Shown here: one piece after another, positions 9,953-19,544 of the stretch
How positions within the stretch are numbered: the stretch's first letter is position 1
Layout: each line of letters opens with the position of its first letter
Assembly (NCBI GenBank): GCA_965207885.1
Contig: OZ242311.1
Coordinates: 2,976,001-3,040,000 of the forward strand
DNA from: Candidatus Latescibacterota bacterium
Lineage (GTDB): Bacteria > Latescibacterota > UBA2968
Direction of reading: 5' to 3'
Length of the DNA stretch: 64,000 nucleotides
Notes under the pieces: model-generated
The model's input: only the letters and a program-made list of their open reading frames with translations
Database searches by the model: none
What the model was told of the DNA's origin: nothing
Translations under genes and position numbers: made by a program

Positions 9953-11295
9953 GCGAGCAAATTCAGATTCCAGAGCCAGCGACAACCCGCAAAGTGTGGA
10001 AGGAGACAGATGTTGGTAGCGTGTTTGTTTCCAATTATCCGCCTTACTCTTTCTGGCGCGATGAAAATACGGCGCGCATTGAAGAGATGTTACACACATC
10101 TGATTCGGGGGATAGAGAAGTTCCTATGGGCCTTTACCTGCATATTCCATTTTGCCGAAAACGGTGTAAGTTCTGTTATTTTCGGGTTTATACAGATCGA
10201 AATAGTACGGAAATTCAGACGTATTTGGATGCCCTGGCAAAAGAAGTGGAAACTTATAGCGCATTGCCGCGTATTGCTGGGCGAAAATTGCACTTCGTTT
10301 ATTTTGGCGGTGGCACGCCGTCTTATATTAGTGTCAAACACTTGAAGGTATTGGTTGACCGGGTCAAGGCTGTGATGCCATGGGATGATGCGGAAGAAGT
10401 GGCATTTGAATGCGAACCGGGTACGCTGTCAAAATCCAAAGTCGAGGCTATTCGAGAGATTGGCGTCACGCGCTTGAGCCTGGGATTGGAGAATTTAAAC
10501 GACGGTATATTGCAGGAGAATGGTCGCGCACACGTCAGCAAAGAAATTTACAGGGCTATGCCGTGGGTCAAGGCCCAGGAATTTGCACAGGTCAATGTAG
10601 ATTTAATCTCCGGTATGGTCGGGGAGACGTGGGAGACGTGGCGAGATACGGTGCAGGGCACCATTGATCTCGACGCGGATAGCGTCACTATTTATCAGAT
10701 GGAATTGCCGTTTAATACGACGTATTCAAAAGCGATACGCGATGGGGGAGGTTTGCAGGTCGCAGATTGGGCTACCAAGCGCGCCTGGCACAATTACGCG
10801 ATTGAAGAGTTTGTCAGAGCGGGCTATGAAACATCGAGTGCTTATACACTGGTGAAAAAAGGTCGCCTGAACAAATTCATCTATCGAGATGCCCTGTGGC
10901 GCAGTGCAGATCTCATCGGTTCGGGTGTGGCTTCTTTTTCTCATGTGGGTGGCATGCATTTTCAAAACCAGACGCACTGGGATCCCTATATCGAAACTAT
11001 TGACAAAGGACAACTTCCGATCAATCGATCTTTTGTGCCCACAAAAGACGAGCGGCTGATCAGAGAGATGATTTTGCAACTCAAGCTCGGGCGGATTGAA
11101 ACAGCGTATTTTCAGGATAAATTTGGTGTCAATATTTTGCAGCAATTTGGTGATGCCTATCAGAAGCTCAGGGAATACGAGATGCTGGATTTCGATTCGC
11201 AGAGTATCACTCTGAGCCGGGAGGGACTTTTGCGCGTCGATCAGTTGCTGCCCGAATTTTACCACGAAAAATATCGCAATTCGCGCTATACATGA
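9949..11295 (+). CDS. HemN-like (class C) radical SAM enzyme
   Basis: LHIPFCRKRCKFCYF and YFGGGTPS. ATGA overlap with the upstream stop. Confidence 0.88.
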   Translation: MSEQIQIPEPATTRKVWKETDVGSVFVSNYPPYSFWRDENTARIEEMLHTSDSGDREVPMGLYLHIPFCRKRCKFCYFRVYTDRNSTEIQTYLDALAKEVETYSALPRIAGRKLHFVYFGGGTPSYISVKHLKVLVDRVKAVMPWDDAEEVAFECEPGTLSKSKVEAIREIGVTRLSLGLENLNDGILQENGRAHVSKEIYRAMPWVKAQEFAQVNVDLISGMVGETWETWRDTVQGTIDLDADSVTIYQMELPFNTTYSKAIRDGGGLQVADWATKRAWHNYAIEEFVRAGYETSSAYTLVKKGRLNKFIYRDALWRSADLIGSGVASFSHVGGMHFQNQTHWDPYIETIDKGQLPINRSFVPTKDERLIREMILQLKLGRIETAYFQDKFGVNILQQFGDAYQKLREYEMLDFDSQSITLSREGLLRVDQLLPEFYHEKYRNSRYT

Positions 11296-11325
11296 GTGAT
11301 CACTACCACTAACTATGGGGGATAT

Positions 11326-12567
11326 ATGATATACAGGTATTATTTTTTACTCGCTGTTGTGCTGTGCTTTTCTTCCGCACATGCGGATTGGCCCCAATGG
11401 TTGGGACCCAACCGAACGGGTATTTCTTCTGAAACGGGGTTGTTGACAACCTGGGCAAAAGATGGTCCAACGGTTGTGTGGGAAAAAGAACTCGGAGAGG
11501 GGTTTTCCGGTATCTCGGTCGCAGAGGGACGGGTCTATACTATGTTCTCTGCCGGTGAAGATGAATTTGCCGTTTGCCTCGATGAAAAAACGGGTGAGGA
11601 AATATGGCGTTTCAGGACCGGTGCCAAATACTATGAGCGGCAAGGTGGAAATGGTCCTCGTTCTCAGCCCACTCTGGATGGCGATCGGGTTTTTGTGCTC
11701 AGTGCCGAAGGCTGGTTGTACGCGCTCAATGCAAAAGATGGCAAAAAACTTTGGCTGGTCGATCTCTACGATGGATTGGGCAGTCGCGTGCCAAAATTTG
11801 GTTTTTCGACATCGCCGCTGGTCGAAGGCGATTTGTTGCTCTTAGAAGTGGGCACACGGCAGGGGACATTTATCGCTTTGGATAAGACAAATGGCGCTGT
11901 CAAGTGGGCGTCTCAACGAGATGTCGTGTCTTATTCATCGCCTATTGCTGTAGATATTGCGGGTATTCGCCAGGTGGTTTTTGTTTCGGGCGAGGCCGCG
12001 GTTGGGCTTTCTCCCGCGGATGGCTCGCTCTACTGGCGATTTCCCTGGTACACATCTTATGATTTGAATGTTGCTACGCCAATTTTAGTGCCTCCAGATC
12101 GCATATTTATTTCTTCGGGTTATGACCACGGGGCAGCTCTGTTGCAAATATCCCAAGAGGGAGATGGTCTGGGCGTTAAAAAGGTGTGGGAAAGCCGCGG
12201 CATGAAAAACCATTTTGGAACATCGCTCCTGATCGGCGACTATATCTACGGTTTTGACAATGCAATTTTGAAATGTATTGAAGCAGAGACTGGCAAGGAG
12301 CAGTGGAAACGCCGGGGGTATGGCAAAGGGACGCTTATTTATGCCGATGGACAGTTGATCATTTTGAGCGATAAAGGCAAACTCGCATTGGCAGATGCAT
12401 CGCCTACGGGTTTTCGGGAAAAGGTCAGTGCGCAAGTGCTTTCGGGCAAATGCTGGACACCACCAACACTTGCCAATGGCAAAATTTTTGTGCGCGATAT
12501 GCATAGGATTGTATGCATGGATGTATCGGGCACGCAGGCGAAACCTGCGGACACGGAGAGCGAATAA
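11326..12567 (+). CDS. PQQ-binding-like beta-propeller protein, secreted
   Basis: Signal peptide followed by DWPQWLGPNRTGIS, GPRSQP and propeller repeats. Confidence 0.85.
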   Translation: MIYRYYFLLAVVLCFSSAHADWPQWLGPNRTGISSETGLLTTWAKDGPTVVWEKELGEGFSGISVAEGRVYTMFSAGEDEFAVCLDEKTGEEIWRFRTGAKYYERQGGNGPRSQPTLDGDRVFVLSAEGWLYALNAKDGKKLWLVDLYDGLGSRVPKFGFSTSPLVEGDLLLLEVGTRQGTFIALDKTNGAVKWASQRDVVSYSSPIAVDIAGIRQVVFVSGEAAVGLSPADGSLYWRFPWYTSYDLNVATPILVPPDRIFISSGYDHGAALLQISQEGDGLGVKKVWESRGMKNHFGTSLLIGDYIYGFDNAILKCIEAETGKEQWKRRGYGKGTLIYADGQLIILSDKGKLALADASPTGFREKVSAQVLSGKCWTPPTLANGKIFVRDMHRIVCMDVSGTQAKPADTESE

Positions 12568-12611
12568 TAGTCGGAAGAGGCCGGGGGACAACCGATAATC
12601 GGAGAATTGCT

Positions 12612-14726
12612 ATGCGTTATTTTCGACAGCTTTTGATTTTTGTCTGTATTCTGGGCCTGACGAGTAATCTTATTTTTGCGCAAAATACAGAAGAGGAGGA
12701 GAAGAAGGAAGAACTGCCCGTTTATGCGGGGGAAGAGATCGTGGTGACGGAGAGCAAGGAAAAAGTGCCTACCGTGAGCACTATCGCGACCAAGGTCCCC
12801 GTCCCAATCCGTTTGACACCGGCGAGTATCGGTGTAGTTAATCACGGGTTATTTCAACATCAAAGCGGCGTGGTTTTGGGGGATGCACTGCGGAATGTGA
12901 GCGGGGTCAATATTCAGACCGTATTTGGCGTTACGGATTTCTTCGTCATTCGCGGGTTCGATTCGCTTTCCAGCGGGCTGGTGCTCACCGATGGCGCATC
13001 GGATCCAGAAGCCACGTTTTACAATCTTTACAATCTGGAGCGCGTAGAGGTGCTCAAGGGGCCGGGGGCATTTTTATACGGGGGCAATCCGCTTTCTGGA
13101 TCGGTGAATCTGAATCGCAAACAACCGATTTTTACAAATGCGTTCCAGGTCGGGGGTTCTTACGGTCCGTACAAGACAGGACGAGGAACAGTAGATGCAA
13201 ATTGGGCGGATGTCGATCAGGGTATTGCTTTGCGCGTCAATGCACTACGGCAGGTATCTGATAGCTATCGAGACGATAAAGACAGCGGCTTGTGGGCTGT
13301 AAATCCCGCGGTGACATGGCGGCCCAGTGACAAAACCACAGTGACCGCCAATTTTGAATATGTCACCAGCAGGTACAAATCGGATTCAGGCCTGCCCATT
13401 ATTAATGAGGCGGTCGCAGATGTGCCGCGCACACAATCGTATCAATCGCCTTTTGATGCGTCAGATCAAGATATTTATCGGGCGCGCGTCGATCTTCAGT
13501 CGCGCTTATCGCAGCGGGTTACGCTTCGCAACAAGCTCTATTATACCGATTTTTCATGGGTGTCTCAGGGCACATTGTTCAACGGCGTTTTCCCCAATGC
13601 CCAGGGTAGTCTAGACATCTTGCGCTCACTTGTTCTATTGGACGACCATCAGAAAGTGTTGGGCAATCAGTTTGAACTGCTTTCTACATTCCGCACGGGC
13701 CACGTAGAACACACACTGCTTACCGGACTGGAACTGATGCAGTGGAGAGACAAATTTACCTTAGATGTGGCTGCTTTGCCCAATATCGACGTGTTCAACC
13801 CCGTGGAAACCGCGAGCCAACCTTATTTTTATATTCCAGGGCAATCGCAGGGAGCAGATTCAAAAAGCCGCGTTGTTGCGCCCTATGTCGTGGATCGCAT
13901 TGTCTTTTGTCCATGTTATCAGGCATTTGTAGGTGTGCGATATGACCGTATTGATTACGATGATCCCGTGACTTCCACGACGCGCAATTACAACAAACTG
14001 AGTCCTATGGCTGGCATGGTGTTTTCGCTTAAGGAGGATCTTTCGTTTTACGCCAATGCGGGTAAAGCATTTGCGCCTCCTTCGAGCCTGGTCGCAGGTC
14101 CGCGAGAAACAGAAGAGAGTTTCCAGATGGAAGTGGGCGCGAAAAAATACCTGTTGGATAACCGCCTGCACGCGAGCCTTGCAGTTTATCATTTGACAAA
14201 AAACAATATTGGCATTCCCGATGCAACAGGCGTTACAAAACAAGATGGGGATCAGAGGTCTCGCGGTCTTGAGCTTGAAGTGATGATGCGCCCCGTGAGA
14301 AATTGGCACACATTTTTGTCCTACTCATTTTCCGATGCCACACTCACACGCTTTGCCGAATTTGTTCCCGTGTTTACGCAAACGGGTATTACATACCAGC
14401 TTATGGATCGTTCGGGAAATAGGGCGGCTTTTTCGCCGCGTCATATTTTTAATGTGTGGACGGCGAGAGGATTTGACAACGGATTGGAATTTGGGATTGG
14501 CGCGCGCTATGTTGCCAGCCAGTTTATTGCCGAAGACAATCAATTTCAGATTGGGAATGTGCTGACGCTGGATGCCTCGGTGTCTTATGCGTACAGGCTG
14601 ATAAAATTTCGCATTAACGCCAAAAATTTGACCAATCAGGAATACGAAACGCGCGGCTTTGGCTCCGCTTCAATTATTCCGGCCAATCCTTTTGGCCTGT
14701 ACTGTGCTTTTGAAGTCAATATTTGA
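12612..14726 (+). CDS. TonB-dependent outer-membrane receptor (siderophore-receptor-like)
   Basis: Signal peptide, TonB box EEIVVT, plug motif LERVEVLKGPGAFLYG, C-terminal KNLTNQEY. Confidence 0.92.
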   Translation: MRYFRQLLIFVCILGLTSNLIFAQNTEEEEKKEELPVYAGEEIVVTESKEKVPTVSTIATKVPVPIRLTPASIGVVNHGLFQHQSGVVLGDALRNVSGVNIQTVFGVTDFFVIRGFDSLSSGLVLTDGASDPEATFYNLYNLERVEVLKGPGAFLYGGNPLSGSVNLNRKQPIFTNAFQVGGSYGPYKTGRGTVDANWADVDQGIALRVNALRQVSDSYRDDKDSGLWAVNPAVTWRPSDKTTVTANFEYVTSRYKSDSGLPIINEAVADVPRTQSYQSPFDASDQDIYRARVDLQSRLSQRVTLRNKLYYTDFSWVSQGTLFNGVFPNAQGSLDILRSLVLLDDHQKVLGNQFELLSTFRTGHVEHTLLTGLELMQWRDKFTLDVAALPNIDVFNPVETASQPYFYIPGQSQGADSKSRVVAPYVVDRIVFCPCYQAFVGVRYDRIDYDDPVTSTTRNYNKLSPMAGMVFSLKEDLSFYANAGKAFAPPSSLVAGPRETEESFQMEVGAKKYLLDNRLHASLAVYHLTKNNIGIPDATGVTKQDGDQRSRGLELEVMMRPVRNWHTFLSYSFSDATLTRFAEFVPVFTQTGITYQLMDRSGNRAAFSPRHIFNVWTARGFDNGLEFGIGARYVASQFIAEDNQFQIGNVLTLDASVSYAYRLIKFRINAKNLTNQEYETRGFGSASIIPANPFGLYCAFEVNI

Positions 14727-14729
14727 ACT

Positions 14730-16001
14730 ATGCCTGACTTGACCCCAGATCGAAATGCGCTTTGGCAGCGGCAGTTGAAGCGGTTGCGAGGTATGCTGTC
14801 TTCAGTGCTGAATAGCAATGATTTTTATCGCAATAAGTTGAATCGAGCGGGTATTTATCGACCCGAGGATATTCAGACGCGCGATGATTACAGGCGATTG
14901 CCCTTCACGACCAAAGAGGAATTATCGGCAGATCAGATGGCGTATCCCCCTTATGGCAGTAATCTGACGTTTCCGCCAGATCACTATGTTCGCGTCCATC
15001 AAACATCGGGGACTACGGGAGACCCTTTGAACTGGTTGGATACGGTAGAGAGTTGGGATTGGTTTGCGCGCTGCTGGACTTATGTGTATCGCGGGGCGGG
15101 CGTGACGGCAAATGACAGACTGTTTTTTGCCTTTTCCTTTGGCCCTTTTATCGGATTCTGGACCGGGCATGAGAGCGCACGTTTAATGGGTGCGATGTCC
15201 ATCTCCGGTGGGTCTATGTCCACAATTCAGCGTTTGCAGGCGATCCAGGATCATCGGGTTACTGTTCTGATCTGTACGCCGACGTATGCCCTGCATCTGG
15301 CAGAGGTGGCTGAGGCCGAAGGTTTTGATATTGCAGGTGGGAGTGTTCAGACTACAATTCACGCAGGCGAACCCGGCGCGGGGTTGCCTGCGACCAGACG
15401 ACGCATTGAGCAGGCCTGGGGAGCGCGTTGTTATGACCACGCCGGAGCGACTGAGGTGGGTGCGTGGGGATTTGAATGTGCGTTTCGAGATGGCATGCAT
15501 ATCAACGAAGCCGAATTTATTTGCGAAGTGATTGATCCCGATACGGGCGAACAAGCGAGGGAGGGGGAGTTGGTGCTTACCAATTTGGGACGCGCTGGCA
15601 TGCCCGTTATCCGCTATCGCACGGGAGATCGCGTAAAGCTGAATGCAGAAATCTGTGGTTGCGGTTCGAGTTTCTCGCGTCTGGAAGGGGGCGTGATTGG
15701 ACGTATCGACGATGCGTTGATTATCCGCGGCGTCAATTTTTATCCCAGCGCGATTGAAAATATCGTGCGGGGATTTCCCGAAGTGACAGAGTTTGCGGTA
15801 GATATTTATCGACAACGCGAAATGGACGATATGAAAATTCGCATCGAATTAAATGGCGGAGAGGCGGGTGCAATTTCCGATGCGATAGGTAGAGAGGTGC
15901 GACATATTCTGGGCATACGCGCCAGTGTTCAAACCGTGCCACACAATACGTTGCCGAGATTTGAACTTAAAGCGAGACGGTTTACAGATCATCGAGTTTA
16001 A
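14730..16001 (+). CDS. Phenylacetate-CoA ligase (PaaK)-family protein
   Basis: LPFTTKEEL, HQTSGTTG, YDHAGATEVG, RYRTGD, GRIDD and GVNFYPS. Confidence 0.88.
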   Translation: MPDLTPDRNALWQRQLKRLRGMLSSVLNSNDFYRNKLNRAGIYRPEDIQTRDDYRRLPFTTKEELSADQMAYPPYGSNLTFPPDHYVRVHQTSGTTGDPLNWLDTVESWDWFARCWTYVYRGAGVTANDRLFFAFSFGPFIGFWTGHESARLMGAMSISGGSMSTIQRLQAIQDHRVTVLICTPTYALHLAEVAEAEGFDIAGGSVQTTIHAGEPGAGLPATRRRIEQAWGARCYDHAGATEVGAWGFECAFRDGMHINEAEFICEVIDPDTGEQAREGELVLTNLGRAGMPVIRYRTGDRVKLNAEICGCGSSFSRLEGGVIGRIDDALIIRGVNFYPSAIENIVRGFPEVTEFAVDIYRQREMDDMKIRIELNGGEAGAISDAIGREVRHILGIRASVQTVPHNTLPRFELKARRFTDHRV

Positions 16002-16020
16002 TTTAATAGAAAGCGTTTCT

Positions 16021-17280
16021 ATGATTGCAGATCAATACGATGTTGTTGTTATAGGCGGGGGACCTGCGGGGAGTACGACAGCCGCGCTTGTCGCTGAATA
16101 TGGTCACCGCGTACTGTTGCTGGAGCGGGAGGAGTTTCCCAGGTTCCAGATTGGCGAATCTCTGATGCCGGGTACGTACTGGTCATTCAAACGACTAGGG
16201 CTGCTGGATAAGCTAAAAAAAAGTGAGTTTGTAAAAAAGTACAGCGTTCAGTTTTTCAGCGGATCGGGAAAAGGCTCTGCGCCATTTTATTTTCACTTAC
16301 ACGATCCCCACGAGAGTTCTATCACCTATCAGGTGTTGCGCAGCGAATTTGATCTTATGATGATGGACAATGCCCGTGAGAAAGGTGCCAAAGTTGAGCA
16401 AGGGGCGAGTGTGCATCAGGTGCATTTTAGTGGAGAGCGCGCAACGGGTGTTCAGGTAAGATACCGCGATGGACGGATTCAAGATGTATCTGCCAGTGTC
16501 ATTGTAGATGCGACGGGGCGAAGCGCGCTTATTTCGCGAAGGCTAAAGACCAAGACGATTGAGCCGAAGCTCAAAAAGGCGTCTATTTTCACGCATTACA
16601 AAGGCGCGTTTCGCGATGAGGGTATTGACGAAGGTGCAACGCTGATTTTACATACGCAAGATAAGGACTCCTGGTTCTGGTACATCCCGCTGGCAGATGA
16701 TGTGGTCAGCGTGGGCGTTGTTGGAGGATTGGATTATCTGTTGCAAAACCGCAAGAGAACCCCACAGGAAATTTTCGAAGAAGAGCTGGATAAGTGCATC
16801 CGCATGCAAGAACGGCTCGCCGGGGCAGAGCAGTTATTTCCGATGAAAGTCACGCAGGACTTTTCATACCGATCCAATACTGTCGCGGGTGAGGGATGGG
16901 TGCTAGTGGGCGATGCTTTTGGTTTTATCGATCCCGTTTATTCCTCGGGTGTGTTCCTCGCGCTCAAATCGGGCGAGATGGCCGCCGATGCGATCCACGA
17001 GGCCATTGAAAAACGCGATTTCTCCGCCGAGCAACTCGGCAAATGGGGATCAGAATTTCTTCCGGGCATGGAGGCGATTCGCAAATTGGTCTATGCTTTT
17101 TATACTAAAGATTTCAGTTTTGCCAAATTTTTAAAATCGCATCCGGAATGTATAGATGGCATTATCAATATTTTAAAAGGCAATGTCTATCGCGAGGATG
17201 TCACCCCTATTTTTGAACCTATGGGACAAATGTGCGATCTGCCCGAGACTGTGGATCACTACGCTGAGGTATCTGCTTAA
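16021..17280 (+). CDS. FAD-dependent halogenase-like / GGR-family oxidoreductase
   Basis: GGGPAG, FPRFQIGESL, FVKK, WFWYIP and GDAFGFIDPVYSSGV. Confidence 0.85.
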   Translation: MIADQYDVVVIGGGPAGSTTAALVAEYGHRVLLLEREEFPRFQIGESLMPGTYWSFKRLGLLDKLKKSEFVKKYSVQFFSGSGKGSAPFYFHLHDPHESSITYQVLRSEFDLMMMDNAREKGAKVEQGASVHQVHFSGERATGVQVRYRDGRIQDVSASVIVDATGRSALISRRLKTKTIEPKLKKASIFTHYKGAFRDEGIDEGATLILHTQDKDSWFWYIPLADDVVSVGVVGGLDYLLQNRKRTPQEIFEEELDKCIRMQERLAGAEQLFPMKVTQDFSYRSNTVAGEGWVLVGDAFGFIDPVYSSGVFLALKSGEMAADAIHEAIEKRDFSAEQLGKWGSEFLPGMEAIRKLVYAFYTKDFSFAKFLKSHPECIDGIINILKGNVYREDVTPIFEPMGQMCDLPETVDHYAEVSA

Positions 17281-17295
17281 ACGGGATTGCTGTAT

Positions 17296-18594
17296 ATGCG
17301 AATTGCTTATATTGCCGCAGGTGCGGCGGGCATGTATTGTGGCAGTTGTATTCACGACAATGCGCTGGCCTCTGCGCTTCAGCGCAAGGGAATAGATTTC
17401 GCGCTTATTCCGACGTACACACCGCTGCGGACCGATGAACCGGGCGCGAGTATTGATCGAGTGTTTTACGGCGGCGTAAATGTTTATCTCCAGCAGAAAA
17501 TGGGTATTTTTCGGCACACGCCCTCTTTTGTCGATAGATTATTGAATAGCCGAGCACTGCTCAATAGTCTCGCCCGTTTTAGTGGATCAACGCGTGCGGA
17601 AGACCTCGGCGCGCTCACTGTATCGGTTTTAGAGGGGGAAGATGGCGCACAAAAAAAAGAACTCGCAAAGCTGGTGCGCTGGTTGAAAGAGGATTTTAGA
17701 CCAGATCTTGTGCAATTGACCAATTCGATGTTTTTGGGCATGGCGAGAGAAATGAAACGGGAACTCGGTATTCCCGTTTTGTGCTCTCTGCAAGGGGAAG
17801 ATATTTTCCTCGAAGGATTGATAGAACCGTATAAATCGGAGGCGCAGCAGTGCTTGCGAGATCGAGCAAGAGATGTCGATGGATTTGTAGCCACTTGTGA
17901 TTATTATGCCGATTTTATGGCTGGTTATCTCGATGTACCGCGCAATCGCATTCACGTTGCGTCTTTGGGTATCAAATTAGACGGACATGGAGAAAGCGAT
18001 GTAAAGCCAGACCCGTTGCCTTTTGCGATTGGTTATCTCGCTCGCATATGTCCCGAGAAGGGGTTGCATGCGCTGGTTGATGCGTTTCATCAACTGGCTG
18101 AGCAAGTCGGCAAAGAAAATGTAAAACTCAGTGTTGCCGGTTATCTCGGACAAAGAGACGCGCCGTATTTTCAGCACGTATGCGAACAAGTCGCATCCCG
18201 GGGACTTTCCGATGTTTTTGATTATCGCGGGGAAGTCAATCGAGAAGAAAAAATTGCATTCCTGAATAGCATCCATATCTTGTCCGTACCTACGCCTTAT
18301 AAAGAACCCAAAGGGCTATCGTTGCTCGAAGCTATGGCCAATGGCGTTCCCGTTGTTCAGCCCCGGCACGGTATTTTTCCAGAATGGATTGAAAAAACGG
18401 GTGGGGGAATTCTGGTAGAGCCAGATTCTTCAGAGGCACTGGCGGCAGGGTTGCTGCGGATGATGAACGACAAAGAGGGACGGGAGGCGATGGGGCAAAA
18501 AGGGAAAGAAGCTGTACATCAAAATTTTAGCGACGACGATATGGCGGAAGCAACACTGGCGGTATATCGTCAGTATGTGACGGATTCAACTTAA
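17296..18594 (+). CDS. Glycosyltransferase family 4 (GT-B)
   Basis: ARICPEKG and EPKGLSLLEAMANGVPVV. N-terminal GMYCGSC. Confidence 0.85.
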   Translation: MRIAYIAAGAAGMYCGSCIHDNALASALQRKGIDFALIPTYTPLRTDEPGASIDRVFYGGVNVYLQQKMGIFRHTPSFVDRLLNSRALLNSLARFSGSTRAEDLGALTVSVLEGEDGAQKKELAKLVRWLKEDFRPDLVQLTNSMFLGMAREMKRELGIPVLCSLQGEDIFLEGLIEPYKSEAQQCLRDRARDVDGFVATCDYYADFMAGYLDVPRNRIHVASLGIKLDGHGESDVKPDPLPFAIGYLARICPEKGLHALVDAFHQLAEQVGKENVKLSVAGYLGQRDAPYFQHVCEQVASRGLSDVFDYRGEVNREEKIAFLNSIHILSVPTPYKEPKGLSLLEAMANGVPVVQPRHGIFPEWIEKTGGGILVEPDSSEALAAGLLRMMNDKEGREAMGQKGKEAVHQNFSDDDMAEATLAVYRQYVTDST

Positions 18595-18607
18595 CACGGG
18601 GGGGCAA

Positions 18608-19099
18608 ATGCCGACTTCATCTTCTGGACTTACGTGGTTGATTTTTGCGTTGTTGACTGTGGGATCGTGGGGTTTGTACGGGATTTTTCTGCACACCGGG
18701 CAGATCGCTATGGGCGATCCCGAAAATGGACGCTATAAGGCGTTTCTGTTTGTGGGTATTGCCTATCTTGTGACGGCTGTTATTGGATCTCTCATCGTGC
18801 TGGCGATCAACGGGTCGGACTGGTCATTTCCGACAAAGGGGCTGACCTGGTCGCTGCTGGCTGGTACTGTGGGTGCTATTGGCGCGTTTGGTGTGCTCCT
18901 CGCCTTTGGTGCAAAGGGGACGCCGCCCGTGGTTATGTCCATTGTTTTTGCTGGCGCGCCTATGGTCAATGCCGTCGTATCCCTCATCTTGCATCCGCCA
19001 GCAGGTGGGTGGGGCGGTTTGAACTGGCAATTTGTGTTGGGCATTATACTGGCCGCGCTGGGAGGTTGTCTGGTGACCTTATTTAAACCTTCGTCTTGA
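18608..19099 (+). CDS. Small 5-TM membrane protein, EamA/DMT-like half transporter
   Basis: About five hydrophobic Gly-rich helices with an SWGLYG motif. Confidence 0.6.
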   Translation: MPTSSSGLTWLIFALLTVGSWGLYGIFLHTGQIAMGDPENGRYKAFLFVGIAYLVTAVIGSLIVLAINGSDWSFPTKGLTWSLLAGTVGAIGAFGVLLAFGAKGTPPVVMSIVFAGAPMVNAVVSLILHPPAGGWGGLNWQFVLGIILAALGGCLVTLFKPSS

Positions 19100-19108
19100 T
19101 TGAGCACT

Positions 19109-19525
19109 ATGCACAGTGAATTTCACACCACTCGCAGGGTAGAATTTTCCGATACGGACATGGCCGGGATTGTACACTTTTCCCGGTTTTTTGTCTTTAT
19201 GGAAGCGGCCGAGCACGCTTTCTTGCGCGCGTTGGGGACGAGTGTTTCAACAGAATGGGATGGAAATAAAATTGGATGGCCGAGGTTGGAGGCGACGTGT
19301 ACATATCTCAGTCCGGTCGTATTTGAAGATGTGCTGGATATTCATCTGAAGGTGATACGCAAGGGCACAAAATCGCTGACCTATCGGTTTGATTTTTTTC
19401 GCGGAGAGATGGCGATTGCCAGTGGAGAATTGAGTACGGTATGTTGTATATGCAATCCCGGTGAAAAAATCAGGTCCATACCGATTCCAGATTTTATTGC
19501 GGATCAGATACAGGTCTCGGAATAG
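19109..19525 (+). CDS. Acyl-CoA thioesterase (4HBT/hotdog fold)
   Basis: RVEFSDTDMAGIVHFSRFF motif. Confidence 0.88.
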   Translation: MHSEFHTTRRVEFSDTDMAGIVHFSRFFVFMEAAEHAFLRALGTSVSTEWDGNKIGWPRLEATCTYLSPVVFEDVLDIHLKVIRKGTKSLTYRFDFFRGEMAIASGELSTVCCICNPGEKIRSIPIPDFIADQIQVSE

Positions 19526-19544
19526 TATATCTAAGAGGTCCAGA

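Noticed and set aside
9949-11295. Calling the radical SAM gene hemN
   Set aside because: No heme context and divergent signature motifs.
14730-16001. Phenylacetate catabolism (paa) pathway
   Set aside because: No paaABCDE, paaG or paaZ genes. The context is biosynthetic.
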